Of a stretch of DNA of 64,000 bases, positions 10,177-18,618 are shown one piece after another. A program made the translations under genes and the position numbers. The notes beneath the pieces are model-generated. The model ran no database searches. It was not told where the DNA came from and saw only the letters and a program-made list of their open reading frames with translations. Each line of letters begins with the position of its first letter. Position 1 is the stretch's first letter. The DNA comes from Candidatus Omnitrophota bacterium (GTDB taxonomy: Bacteria > Omnitrophota > Gorgyraeia > Zapsychrales > Fredricksoniimonadaceae). The stretch is from NCBI GenBank assembly GCA_903860135.1, contig CAIOPG010000009.1, positions 37,916 to 101,915 on the forward strand, written 5' to 3'.

Positions 10177-10364
10177 AAGGGGTTTTTATGTTCGGGATGG
10201 AGATTTTAACGGATAAGAAAAAACAGGCCGAGCTTGGCGAGATCGCGCAACGTGTCCTGGGCACGATCAATGAAACGTATCGGCTGGCGAAGGAAAACAA
10301 CGAGATGCTCAAGGATCTGACGGCTTCGGTCGCATGGGCTAAACCAAAGAAAAAGGAGGCGTGA
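10173..10364 (+). CDS. Phage hypothetical protein (coiled-coil); start may be 10188
   Basis: Fills the gap in a tightly coupled operon. Confidence 0.55.
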   Translation: MKGVFMFGMEILTDKKKQAELGEIAQRVLGTINETYRLAKENNEMLKDLTASVAWAKPKKKEA

Positions 10365-10481
10365 ATATGTTCGGATTGATTTTTATATCGTCGGTGTTGG
10401 TTGTTCTAGTGGTCGCTATCCGTTTATCCTCTACATACGAGGTTAAACACGGGCTCATTAACTTGAGAAAGGACATGCCAG

Positions 10482-10859
10482 ATGAAACACTTTCATTGTC
10501 AGATGTGCGAACAGATGCTGGACGGTCAGCCGAAAATGAGGTTTGCTCTGATCGGGTTTTGTTGGGAGCCGTCGCTTAACAAGGATCCCAGCGAGTTATT
10601 GAATATTTGCGAGGCTTGCCAGCACGCTTTTCTGAAAGCCTACGCGAAAGCAAAGAACGAGTGCCTTGAGGCAGTTTACGAGAAGCAAAAAACGGCTTGG
10701 ATTATGGACAAGATGGAAGGCTTGGAAAAAGCGCGCGGCAGGGTGAGCGTTGGATCTGCAAGGACAGTCAACCGCCTATCCCCCGCACAGGAAGCAATGG
10801 CCGATAATGGGCGCTGGAATTACAGCCACAACGAAGCGCAAAAGGTTTGGAGGTTTTAA
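10482..10859 (+). CDS. Phage zinc-finger protein
   Basis: CQMC...CEAC cysteine pairs; AAGGA RBS upstream. Confidence 0.6.
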   Translation: MKHFHCQMCEQMLDGQPKMRFALIGFCWEPSLNKDPSELLNICEACQHAFLKAYAKAKNECLEAVYEKQKTAWIMDKMEGLEKARGRVSVGSARTVNRLSPAQEAMADNGRWNYSHNEAQKVWRF

Positions 10860-10861
10860 GA

Positions 10862-11071
10862 ATGCGATATGACAATGTAGAGCGTGAATGTAAGAATTTC
10901 CTTCAAAGAATATCTGGATCCGAAAACGCAAGCGGCGGGATTGTTCCACCTGAACATGCTTTGTCCTTCGCCCACCTTGATAAAGATGAAGCATGTTTGT
11001 TCTATTCCGCAGAGTGCCAAGAAGGAAGATACCTTGTAATAATGCAGCCTAAAATTAAAGGAGGCGCATAA
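10862..11071 (+). CDS. Phage hypothetical protein
   Basis: MRYDNVERECKNF...; GGAGG RBS; abuts the next gene. Confidence 0.55.
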   Translation: MRYDNVERECKNFLQRISGSENASGGIVPPEHALSFAHLDKDEACLFYSAECQEGRYLVIMQPKIKGGA

Positions 11072-11428
11072 ATGGCAAAGTCAGCAACGAGTTTTGCAAA
11101 GAAGGTTTTTGAAGCGCCGTGTCCTTCATGTCACAGCAAGGATGCAATCGGTAAAACCCGTTGTCCATGTGGCGCACAGCGCAGGGCAAATGGTCAGGTT
11201 TATTTTGACGGCAAAGACATTGAAAAGCCCGTTGCGCCCGTGTCCGAGCCCGTCAAATCACCCGTTAAAACAAAAACGGGCTCTCCGTCGGTGAGCCCAT
11301 TAAAAAAAAGGAGCCCGTCAAATGGTAAGAAAGAGCCCGTCAAAAGCCCGTCAAAAACCCGTGTTGAGCCCGTCACCGAGCCCGTCCGAGCCCGTGAAAG
11401 TAGCCTCTCCACATACTTCTATGACTGA
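11072..11428 (+). CDS. Phage zinc-ribbon protein with Pro/Lys/Ser/Val low-complexity tail
   Basis: CPSC...CPCG; AGGAGG RBS; the tail is encoded by the GAGCCCGT repeat cluster. Confidence 0.6.
   Translation: MAKSATSFAKKVFEAPCPSCHSKDAIGKTRCPCGAQRRANGQVYFDGKDIEKPVAPVSEPVKSPVKTKTGSPSVSPLKKRSPSNGKKEPVKSPSKTRVEPVTEPVRARESSLSTYFYD
11226..11395 (+). repeat. Cluster of (GA)GCCCGT motifs
   Basis: Exact GAGCCCGT at 11246, 11311, 11333, 11366, 11378 and 11388; reverse copy at 11276; about six near-copies. Confidence 0.85.
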
Positions 11429-11915
11429 TCCGGAAAATGTGAGAATGAGCGCACAGGATTCGGGGCTGGATGATCTTGTTGCAAAGCTGGGATCCGGTGC
11501 AAGTGCGCCAGCGGCCGATCCCTCCCCCGCTATGGTTGAGCCGGCAGATCTTGAGATATATAAAAGGCTGGTTAAGCCGGTTTGTTTGGTGGCCGGCTGG
11601 GGCATCGACAAGATCAACCGGCGCTTTCTTAAGTGTGAGTTCACGCCGTTCACGGATGGTCAGGTCGCCATGCTTGAGGATGATCTATCTTTTGTATTAA
11701 AGGACGCGCTGGACAAGATCTTGCCAGACATGGCCAAGAAAAACCCGCGCATGGTGTCGCTTGTGATGATCTTCGGGATGATCTACGCATCCAACACGCG
11801 CCGGATCATAGAGGCGCCGAAGCCGGCAGAGCCAGCCAAAGAAACAAAGCCCGTGCCGAGCGTGCATGAGGTTCACATCAAAACAGCAGAAGGCGTGATC
11901 GGGGGCATTCAATGA
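11421..11915 (+). CDS. Phage protein with one hydrophobic segment
   Basis: MTDPENV...; hydrophobic MVSLVMIFGMIYA; start overlaps the upstream stop region. Confidence 0.6.
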   Translation: MTDPENVRMSAQDSGLDDLVAKLGSGASAPAADPSPAMVEPADLEIYKRLVKPVCLVAGWGIDKINRRFLKCEFTPFTDGQVAMLEDDLSFVLKDALDKILPDMAKKNPRMVSLVMIFGMIYASNTRRIIEAPKPAEPAKETKPVPSVHEVHIKTAEGVIGGIQ

Positions 11916-12061
11916 GGATAGACAATATCATCAACCTTTGGGATCCGCGCCAGCGCGGGTGCGGCGTGGTGTTCGTTCCGTTTGGGATCTACATTTTCAA
12001 AGGATACATGACGCTTGAGGTGCTTAATTTTCGGATCAACATTTCATTTAAAAGGGATTAA
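11912..12061 (+). CDS. Small phage protein (49 aa), not in the ORF track
   Basis: MRIDNIINLWDPRQRGCGVVFVPFGIYIF...; ATGA overlap with the upstream gene. Confidence 0.5.
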   Translation: MRIDNIINLWDPRQRGCGVVFVPFGIYIFKGYMTLEVLNFRINISFKRD

Positions 12062-12063
12062 CC

Positions 12064-12243
12064 ATGTCACACGCTTGCGCTTCATGCGCCTTTTGGCGCC
12101 GGATTAACCCGTATGATGCCGGCGAATGCCGCAAGAACGCGCCGCAACCTTCACAAGGCGGCTACAAGTTCCCCGTTACGGATCCGCATGTGTATTGCGG
12201 CCAATGGTCAACCGAGTTCAGAAAGGATGCTCCAAATGCCTAA
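12064..12243 (+). CDS. Small Cys-rich phage protein (59 aa), not in the ORF track
   Basis: MSHACASCAFW...GECRKNAP...FPVTDPHVYCGQW; a four-Cys pattern common in phage early genes. Confidence 0.65.
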   Translation: MSHACASCAFWRRINPYDAGECRKNAPQPSQGGYKFPVTDPHVYCGQWSTEFRKDAPNA

Positions 12244-12385
12244 GTGCGATTTCTTCATTATCCCGATGTTTACGTCGATGACACCCGTGCGGCTTCAAGT
12301 GTTCGATTTCGTGGCCTATCGGGTCGGCGGCGTCAGTTATTGGAGCATAACGATCTTAAATTTCGTCTTTGTTGTGGGGGTATAA
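12236..12385 (+). CDS. Small hydrophobic phage protein (49 aa)
   Basis: MPKCDFFIIPMF...ITILNFVFVVGV; AAGGA upstream. Confidence 0.45.
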   Translation: MPKCDFFIIPMFTSMTPVRLQVFDFVAYRVGGVSYWSITILNFVFVVGV

Positions 12386-12386
12386 A

Positions 12387-12632
12387 GTGAAAATTACAAA
12401 ATGGGTCAGCGTTGATGTTGAGGTTGACGTTGACGTATCAAGTGAGGATATACCGGAAATCTTTTCAAAGTCGTGTGAATGCTACCATGATTTCTTGGCG
12501 ATATTGAACAGGTTCTTTTCTGTAATGAAGAACATGCCGGATCACATTATTAAGGACATGACGGAGAAACAGCGTGAAATAACAAAAAACTACCTTATTG
12601 AACAGTCAAAAAGGTTTTCAGATGCACAATGA
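12387..12632 (+). CDS. Phage hypothetical protein
   Basis: GTG start just after the upstream stop; overlaps the ATPase start. Confidence 0.5.
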   Translation: MKITKWVSVDVEVDVDVSSEDIPEIFSKSCECYHDFLAILNRFFSVMKNMPDHIIKDMTEKQREITKNYLIEQSKRFSDAQ

Positions 12633-13233
12633 AATCATCGTCATTCTAGGCAAGAAAGGATCTGGCAAAACGGTCATGGCGCGGCATATGGTCAGCGACA
12701 AGCGCCGTCTGATCGTCTACGATCCCATGCGGCAGTTTTCGTCATGCGGCGTCGTGCTGGTGCGCTTCGAGGATCTTGTTGCCTACATCAGCCACAACAG
12801 GCGCGGCCACTTCCGCGCGGTTTACCAGCCAGAGATCCCGATTGATGCAACAAACGACATAGTGCGTGCCGAGTTCATCCGCATGTGTGATCTGGTCAAT
12901 CGGCTGGTCAACGTGTATTTCCTTGTCGATGAAATTGATAATTGCCTCCCCCCGCGTGACCGTGAGAACGGCTTTTTCAAGAACATGATCCAGCGCGGCC
13001 GGCACGCGCAAGTCAGCCTTGTTGCAACGACGATCCGCTACACGGACACCCAGCGCAATTTGACCGCCCAGGCAGACACGATCATTTGCTTTCATACGCA
13101 TGAGCCGTCTGACGTTAAGTATTTCCGCAATTACTTCGGGGTCATGGCTGACGATCTCCACCAACTCCCCCCCTATCATTATGTCAAATACGATAAAGGA
13201 CAAGTCAGCCGCCATGAGCCTATCAGATTATAA
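12622..13233 (+). CDS. Genome-packaging ATPase (FtsK-HerA/A32 superfamily, PM2 P9-like)
   Basis: Walker A GKKGSGKT near the N-terminus, Walker B FLVDE, arginine-finger RGRH; about 200 aa. Confidence 0.88.
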   Translation: MHNEIIVILGKKGSGKTVMARHMVSDKRRLIVYDPMRQFSSCGVVLVRFEDLVAYISHNRRGHFRAVYQPEIPIDATNDIVRAEFIRMCDLVNRLVNVYFLVDEIDNCLPPRDRENGFFKNMIQRGRHAQVSLVATTIRYTDTQRNLTAQADTIICFHTHEPSDVKYFRNYFGVMADDLHQLPPYHYVKYDKGQVSRHEPIRL

Positions 13234-13384
13234 AAAAATTGATGTTGAGATTAGCGAACAGCCACTACCAGCGCAATTTGATGATGATCCAAAGATATTC
13301 CAGCAAGTGTATTTCGACGCACTTGGTGTTTTGGTCGGTATGCGCGTAAGGAAAGGAAGAAAGCGTGCCAAAGCCAAAGCGTAA
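13214..13384 (+). CDS. Small phage protein (56 aa)
   Basis: MSLSDYKKIDVEISE...; overlaps both neighbours. Confidence 0.45.
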   Translation: MSLSDYKKIDVEISEQPLPAQFDDDPKIFQQVYFDALGVLVGMRVRKGRKRAKAKA

Positions 13385-13565
13385 AAACCAAAAAGAGTTC
13401 GCTTTTTGCCTTTGTGGATGCGGTCGGCGTTTCAGAGTTTACCCTTGCCGGCCTCAATTTTTCGCATCATCAACATGCCGCTGGCTTCTGATAAAAAAGA
13501 TACTTGCCGACTATATGCACAAAACGCACGTTTCCACGTTCTCCGTCGAGAAAAACACCGCTTAA
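13365..13565 (+). CDS. Basic zinc-finger protein, candidate transcription regulator
   Basis: CLCGCG...STCR motif; basic N-terminus. Confidence 0.55.
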   Translation: MPKPKRKNQKEFAFCLCGCGRRFRVYPCRPQFFASSTCRWLLIKKILADYMHKTHVSTFSVEKNTA

Positions 13566-13592
13566 AACCGTTTTAAAGCCACGATCTCCACT

Positions 13593-13622
13593 AGAGACAT
13601 GTCATTACATGGCTCTTTTTTT
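13593..13622 (+). terminator. Intrinsic terminator ending the early/ATPase block
   Basis: AGAGACATGT-CATT-ACATGGCTCT hairpin (one mismatch) followed by a T run. Confidence 0.6.
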
Positions 13623-13730
13623 GTTTTATATGCGAATTCCTTCGTTTGACGAGCCCGTGAGCCTTCCGGCAATCTGAAAAGGTAATGTTCGACCATAACG
13701 GTCAACAACAAAAACCGAAAGGAAAAGCAA

Positions 13731-13841
13731 ATGTTCTCTAAAGAAGCCCTCATCAAGTTCGCGATTTTGGTTGCGGCCGTAGTGGTCGGTAACATCGCCA
13801 CCGGTTATGTTCAGGCGTTTTTGCCTAAGAAAACGGCATAA
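13731..13841 (+). CDS. Small virion membrane protein (36 aa; positionally like PM2 P7)
   Basis: MFSKEALIKFAILVAAVVVGNIATGYVQAFLPKKTA; AAAGGA RBS; upstream of the capsid gene. Confidence 0.75.
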   Translation: MFSKEALIKFAILVAAVVVGNIATGYVQAFLPKKTA

Positions 13842-13856
13842 GCGAAAGGAACGATC

Positions 13857-14009
13857 ATGCAGAAGTTACTTGTTTCCGTTCTTGTGGTAGTGGTCGCGAT
13901 AATCGCGGCTGGCGTGCTTCTCGATGAAGCCGGTAAAGGCACTCTTGGCGGGTTCGTTCAGAGCTTGGCTAAGAAAACAACCAGCGGCTATGGGTCGCTG
14001 AACGCTTAA
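13857..14009 (+). CDS. Small virion membrane protein (50 aa)
   Basis: MQKLLVSVLVVVVAIIAAGVLL...; AAAGGA RBS. Confidence 0.75.
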   Translation: MQKLLVSVLVVVVAIIAAGVLLDEAGKGTLGGFVQSLAKKTTSGYGSLNA

Positions 14010-14033
14010 AACATTTAAAAAGGAGTTTTTCAG

Positions 14034-14885
14034 ATGCAGATATTCATGTTTCCCACAACCAGAGGATTAGGCACGATCCCAGGCGTTGCCGCTGGCGCTC
14101 TTTTGACCGCCAAGATCCCCACGAACGGCAAGAAGTACGGCTTCTTCCTTCTTGGTAAGACGGCCGCTGGCGTAGCGCTGACAGCCGCACAGCTGAACGC
14201 TGACATTGGCGACATCGTTGTCCGTGTTAAGGGTGAAGCGAAGATCGAAGCATCCTGCACAGAGTTGCTGATGATCCAGAAGTATTTAGGCGACGCGAAC
14301 GTTGCCGGCAACATCAGCGGGATCGTTCCGATCTTCCTGACGCCGCGCGATCTCGCAACGTATCAAGAACGCCGTGCGCTGGCTTGGGGCACAGCCGACA
14401 TCGACAGCATCACCATTGAGATCAAGATCGTTGGCGTGGCACAGCTCGCCAGCCTTGAGCTCTTTGAGTATGCGTCTGATGAGCAGGAAGTGCTTGGCAC
14501 TCACCTGACGATCCGCCGTTTCCCGCATTCGTTTGCGTCAACGGGCGTGCAGGAGATCTCCGACCTTGTCAGCAACGTGCCTGACATGGCGTATCGCACG
14601 ATCTTCTTGCAGAAGAACACCGCCGACATCACAAATGTCAGCTGTAAGGTCAACAACGCGCTGGTCTACGATCAGGTTCCGGAAGCGTTAAACAACGTAT
14701 TGAACGAGGACGGCAACCGCAAGGCGCAGTCTGGTTATTACGCGATTGACTTCTCCCGCATTCGCGATCTCGCAGGGATGCTCCCGATGAAGGGCATTAC
14801 GGACTTCCGCGTCACCCCGACATGGGCGACCAATGCGCCGGCGAGTTACAACATCATCGGCATCATCTATAAGGGCTTGAAATAA
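14034..14885 (+). CDS. Double-jelly-roll major capsid protein (PM2 P2-like)
   Basis: 283 aa, beta-rich. Colinear blocks match PM2 P2 as I recall it: IPGVAAG, QERRALAWGT, LTIRRF, GVQEISDL, YAIDF, ITDFRV. AAGGAG RBS. Confidence 0.9.
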   Translation: MQIFMFPTTRGLGTIPGVAAGALLTAKIPTNGKKYGFFLLGKTAAGVALTAAQLNADIGDIVVRVKGEAKIEASCTELLMIQKYLGDANVAGNISGIVPIFLTPRDLATYQERRALAWGTADIDSITIEIKIVGVAQLASLELFEYASDEQEVLGTHLTIRRFPHSFASTGVQEISDLVSNVPDMAYRTIFLQKNTADITNVSCKVNNALVYDQVPEALNNVLNEDGNRKAQSGYYAIDFSRIRDLAGMLPMKGITDFRVTPTWATNAPASYNIIGIIYKGLK

Positions 14886-14910
14886 GCCTAAATAGAAAGG
14901 GGCGTCTTGT

Positions 14911-15198
14911 ATGGCAAATGAAACGACGACGGCACAACCGTCATCATGGTTAGACACCCTCGGCGGCTGGGTAACATCAGCCGGTAAGATCTTCAACGCT
15001 GGATCCGAGGTTTACGTTGCGGCACAGCAACGGTTGAACGCGATTGAAAGCGTCAACGAGGACACGGTCAAGGCTTCAACGCCCGCCGCGCCCAAAATTG
15101 TGTCAGGTATGCCGAGTTCAATGCCGTCTTGGGTAATGCCAGCGGCAATCGCGGCCGGTGTGCTTGTTCTCATCATCATCGTGAGAAAGTTGAGGTAA
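14911..15198 (+). CDS. Virion membrane protein (positionally like PM2 P3)
   Basis: 95 aa; C-terminal TM helix followed by RKLR; directly after the capsid gene. Confidence 0.7.
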   Translation: MANETTTAQPSSWLDTLGGWVTSAGKIFNAGSEVYVAAQQRLNAIESVNEDTVKASTPAAPKIVSGMPSSMPSWVMPAAIAAGVLVLIIIVRKLR

Positions 15199-15201
15199 GC
15201 C

Positions 15202-15408
15202 ATGCTTCCAGCCGCAGGCGCCGCAATGATGGGAAGTTCGCCTTCCTTCTCATCTGGTGCTACATCAGGGGCAACAGGAAGATCGGGCGATATTACGAGT
15301 TCGTATATGTCAGGCGACTTCACGGTCGGTGGTGACAAAAACATGATCTGGATATTCGTTGTCGCCGGTGCAGTAGCAATCGCCTTTTTCGCGTTCAAAG
15401 GTAAGTAA
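15202..15408 (+). CDS. Small virion membrane protein
   Basis: Ser/Gly-rich N-terminus and C-terminal TM (MIWIFVVAGAVAIAFFAFKGK). Confidence 0.7.
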   Translation: MLPAAGAAMMGSSPSFSSGATSGATGRSGDITSSYMSGDFTVGGDKNMIWIFVVAGAVAIAFFAFKGK

Positions 15409-15816
15409 GTGATAGTCACGGCCAGAAAAACGGCCTATGACGATCAAAAGCATCGTGTTCTTTTAGAAAAGATAGATCCAGCCGTCGGCGTGGCATGCCT
15501 TGCCGGCACGGTTCAGAGAGATCTGATAATGCTCTTTGAGGTTCACGCCGACGGCCTTCTCCTTGGGATATTCTTGGCAAGGATTGACCGCCTGATTGAT
15601 GGCGGCCGCGATCTGGTTATATGCCACGCGGCGGCAGTTGATAAGCCATCGATAGCCATGACAAGGATCCTAAATGCGATCTTTGACCAAGTCGCCCGTG
15701 ATTATGGGCTTAACTCGGTACGGATCCACTCGGACAAGAAGGGGCTGGATCGAATAATGGAAAAAAACAATTACGTATTTCAAGAGGCCGTTTATAGAAA
15801 GGTCATAGATGTCTAA
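15409..15816 (+). CDS. GNAT-fold-like protein in the structural module
   Basis: C-terminal VARDYGLNSVRIHSDKKGLDRIMEKNNY pattern resembles the GNAT beta5-alpha4 region. Confidence 0.5.
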   Translation: MIVTARKTAYDDQKHRVLLEKIDPAVGVACLAGTVQRDLIMLFEVHADGLLLGIFLARIDRLIDGGRDLVICHAAAVDKPSIAMTRILNAIFDQVARDYGLNSVRIHSDKKGLDRIMEKNNYVFQEAVYRKVIDV

Positions 15817-16195
15817 GTCAGGCTCAAGCTCAACAAGTTCATCCACCACACAGAACAACAGCGAAGATAATCGCGTTGTCGGTGAGGGCGGCTCGCTTGT
15901 TCTTGGAAAAGATGCGATCTATAACGTGGCAAACGAGCTATCCCCCAACATGCTTGCCGCGCTCAATTCCTTTGTAGGTTTGGTGCGTGACGCCGGCACG
16001 GTTGTTGTTGATACGGCTGACAAGGCCAATCAATCCGCACAGGCCAGCATTGCGGCCGTCACCAGCGCGATCCAGAACGACAAGACAGGCACAACCACAA
16101 CAGAGCAATCAATCGTCAAATACATCCCGCTTGTTATCGGCGCGGGCATCATCATTTTTGTGTTGATTAAGATGTTTAACGGAAAGAAGGCATAA
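15809..16195 (+). CDS. Virion membrane protein (size like PM2 P6)
   Basis: 128 aa; Ser/Thr-rich N-terminus, helical middle, C-terminal TM. Confidence 0.65.
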   Translation: MSKSGSSSTSSSTTQNNSEDNRVVGEGGSLVLGKDAIYNVANELSPNMLAALNSFVGLVRDAGTVVVDTADKANQSAQASIAAVTSAIQNDKTGTTTTEQSIVKYIPLVIGAGIIIFVLIKMFNGKKA

Positions 16196-16196
16196 C

Positions 16197-16781
16197 ATGC
16201 AGGGATCATCCTATCAAAGCATTACGCTTGTTTTATTGGCCGGAGAAACGCGCGCGGTGATGGCTTATGGCCGTTATCTCCGCATCTTGGACAATTCAAT
16301 CGCGACGCATCCACAAGTAAAGATCGCTGACAACCCCGAACAGGAGTTACAGGCCGGCGTTGGCATTGAGATCTTCGGAGGTCAGGAGAATTCCTTCTCT
16401 AATGTTCTTGTTCGCAACCCTGCGGCTGGTGTAATGACGCTAAAGATCGCCATTTCCAGCGGCCAGATTGACGACAGCAGATTGACGCTGACAGGCACAA
16501 TTTTGACACAGCCAGCACAGACAGCAACAGGCACGGACGCGGCAGACATAACAACCGGCGCCGCCGCAAAGGTGTTTTCGTCCGCTTCTTGTAAGTCGGT
16601 TTTGATACAGGCAGACTTCACGAACGGCGCAAACGTGTTTTTAGGTTTTGCAAATACTGTCAGCGCAACGCGCAAGGTGATCGCGCTTTCCGCTGGCATG
16701 GCGTTTCAGTTCGATAATTTCAACGGCGATATATGGGCGTATTCCGCCGCCGCGCAAAAAATATCTGTTTCTTCTTGGTAA
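16197..16781 (+). CDS. Putative penton/vertex protein (beta-sandwich domains)
   Basis: Two beta-rich halves joined by a Thr/Ala linker; lies just before the spike gene. Confidence 0.55.
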   Translation: MQGSSYQSITLVLLAGETRAVMAYGRYLRILDNSIATHPQVKIADNPEQELQAGVGIEIFGGQENSFSNVLVRNPAAGVMTLKIAISSGQIDDSRLTLTGTILTQPAQTATGTDAADITTGAAAKVFSSASCKSVLIQADFTNGANVFLGFANTVSATRKVIALSAGMAFQFDNFNGDIWAYSAAAQKISVSSW

Positions 16782-16795
16782 AGAAAGGCACTTAA

Positions 16796-17791
16796 ATGAT
16801 TGTTACGCCTCCTTTTAATTCAGCTGTATTAAATACCATTTGGGCGAATATCGCACTTCTGGCCTTCCGCGATCAGGTATTTGACAGCGTTGCCGTTCAA
16901 AAGATGGTGGATGGCTTTGTTGACGAGTACGAGGACGAGACTGGAGTTTACCTTGTAAATTCTACTGGTCAAGTTTATGACAGCACAAATGATTTCTATT
17001 CACCGTCGTTCGCGGCCGCCCTTGTCGCCTATAACACCGGAACGGAAGTCAAAGATACAACCAACAATATAGGAAACGGCTTTAATAATACGACCGTACA
17101 GACGGCGGCTAATTCTGAACGTAAACTTATTTCAGGAAGCGGCTCCGGCGCGCTTTATATCGGTAAAGATTGGGGGGTAGGAAATTCTAAAATAATTTCG
17201 GGCTTCAAAATTTATGCGCCATCCAACGAGAAAATATCTCAAACATTAAACACCGTCACGTTAAAACTTCGTGGCTCAAATAACGGGTCGTCCTGGACTG
17301 ATTTAATGACAACGACCGTTTTCGCAGGTAATGCAGGTGACGTTATTGATGTAACCACCGGCATAACGACAACAACAGGTTATCGCTACCATTCTGTTTA
17401 TATTCTTGAAACTGCTGGTTGGGGCTCTGGCGATCACTATTTGCAAGTCGCGGAAGTTCAGTTTTATGAACAGTCCGTGAACAATAATATGTCATTGGTC
17501 AGCAACCCTTTTACTGCCGTAACACAGGCAAACAAGGCGCGTATTGTTGTTTTCCAAGAGGACGTTGACGCAATAACCCTCAATACTGATTTGATAGCCA
17601 GCGTTTCACGCGGTGTTAATTATACGCCAGTAGTTCTTTCAAACATGGGAACGTATGAAACAGGCAAAAATATTCTTGTAGGGCTGGTTGATATTTCAGG
17701 TCAGCCCGCCGGAACAAATATGCGGTATAAACTCGATACCGCCAACAGTAAAAATTTAAAAATTCACGGAACGGGGCTCTTATGGCAATAA
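16796..17791 (+). CDS. Putative spike/receptor-binding protein with a discoidin (F5/8C)-like domain
   Basis: GSNNGSSWTDL...GYRYH...LQVAEVQFY galactose-binding-like signature; Asn/Thr-rich. Confidence 0.65.
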   Translation: MIVTPPFNSAVLNTIWANIALLAFRDQVFDSVAVQKMVDGFVDEYEDETGVYLVNSTGQVYDSTNDFYSPSFAAALVAYNTGTEVKDTTNNIGNGFNNTTVQTAANSERKLISGSGSGALYIGKDWGVGNSKIISGFKIYAPSNEKISQTLNTVTLKLRGSNNGSSWTDLMTTTVFAGNAGDVIDVTTGITTTTGYRYHSVYILETAGWGSGDHYLQVAEVQFYEQSVNNNMSLVSNPFTAVTQANKARIVVFQEDVDAITLNTDLIASVSRGVNYTPVVLSNMGTYETGKNILVGLVDISGQPAGTNMRYKLDTANSKNLKIHGTGLLWQ

Positions 17792-17913
17792 AACGATTAA
17801 CAGTTCAATCTGGTGCGTCAGATGCAAAGATCGACGCGCTGATCGAGAAGCTCAAGACTAAAGGCGTGATCTCCGCCGTTGAAGCTGACGACGCAAAGAA
17901 AGGCAAGAAATAA
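17782..17913 (+). CDS. Small basic phage protein (43 aa)
   Basis: MAIKRLTVQSGASDAKIDALIEKLKTKGVISAVEADDAKKGKK; overlaps both neighbours. Confidence 0.6.
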   Translation: MAIKRLTVQSGASDAKIDALIEKLKTKGVISAVEADDAKKGKK

Positions 17914-18104
17914 TGTGGTTCCTTCTCCCCCTGATCGGCCTTGGCGGTGCATTCGTTGGCGCTCAAGTGGATAACGCGGTGCAGAGTTCAGCGGCCGCGC
18001 CTCAAGTGATCGACCAGAGCAAAGCGCCTTGGTGGATCCCCTATCTGATCGCCGGCATTGTCGGCCTGATCGCGTGGCAGTTCATCAAAAAGGCGGTCAA
18101 ATGA
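17913..18104 (+). CDS. Small phage membrane protein (two hydrophobic segments)
   Basis: MWFLLPLIGLGGAFVGA...WWIPYLIAGIVGLIAWQF; TAATG coupling. Confidence 0.65.
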   Translation: MWFLLPLIGLGGAFVGAQVDNAVQSSAAAPQVIDQSKAPWWIPYLIAGIVGLIAWQFIKKAVK

Positions 18105-18226
18105 TAGATGCCATGCAGTTTGCAGTTGTTCTCACGTTGGGGATCGCTTGCGGCTGGGGCGCTACGCTGTACCTTATCGGGTGCGGCTACTTCCAAGATG
18201 ATTTTGACAAGCTGGGGCGCCCATGA
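18101..18226 (+). CDS. Small phage membrane protein (41 aa)
   Basis: MIDAMQFAVVLTLGIACGWGATLYLIG...; ATGA coupling. Confidence 0.55.
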   Translation: MIDAMQFAVVLTLGIACGWGATLYLIGCGYFQDDFDKLGRP

Positions 18227-18450
18227 TCGCATGGCTCAAAAAGCTCCTTTCAGGTTTTAATTTCGGATCCGGCGCCGTGATCGGCAAATGGATCTTTTAC
18301 CTTTGTGTTTTTGCCGTGTTCATGTTCGGGTGGTCAACCATGACCGGCAAGAAAACAACGACGAGCCAGAAGGCCGAGCAAATGACAAACTACACCTACA
18401 CGCCGCAACAGACATTCGGTTGCATGCGTATTGACGTGAAAGGCAACTGA
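18223..18450 (+). CDS. Small phage membrane protein (75 aa)
   Basis: TM segment WIFYLCVFAVFMFGW; ATGA coupling. Confidence 0.6.
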   Translation: MIAWLKKLLSGFNFGSGAVIGKWIFYLCVFAVFMFGWSTMTGKKTTTSQKAEQMTNYTYTPQQTFGCMRIDVKGN

Positions 18451-18617
18451 TGAACATTGAAACGGCTTTCCAGCTTCTTAACACGGCTTTAGTGGCTGTT
18501 TGCGCGTTCAGCCTTAACAGCATGGCCGGCGACATCCGCGAGATCCGCGCCGACATCAAGACGCATATTTCTGATCACACGGTTCATTGCAAATATCCAA
18601 CAACGAAAGGTTGCTAA
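18450..18617 (+). CDS. Small phage membrane/coiled-coil protein (55 aa), candidate lysis factor
   Basis: MNIETAFQLLNTALVAVCAFSLNSMAGDIREIRADIKTHI...; TGATG coupling. Confidence 0.55.
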   Translation: MNIETAFQLLNTALVAVCAFSLNSMAGDIREIRADIKTHISDHTVHCKYPTTKGC

Positions 18618-18618
18618 C

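Noticed and set aside
10361-10579. ORF with an N-terminal hydrophobic stretch
   Set aside because: It has a good RBS and may be real, but it overlaps the Zn-finger ORF by about 100 nt, so it was left uncalled.
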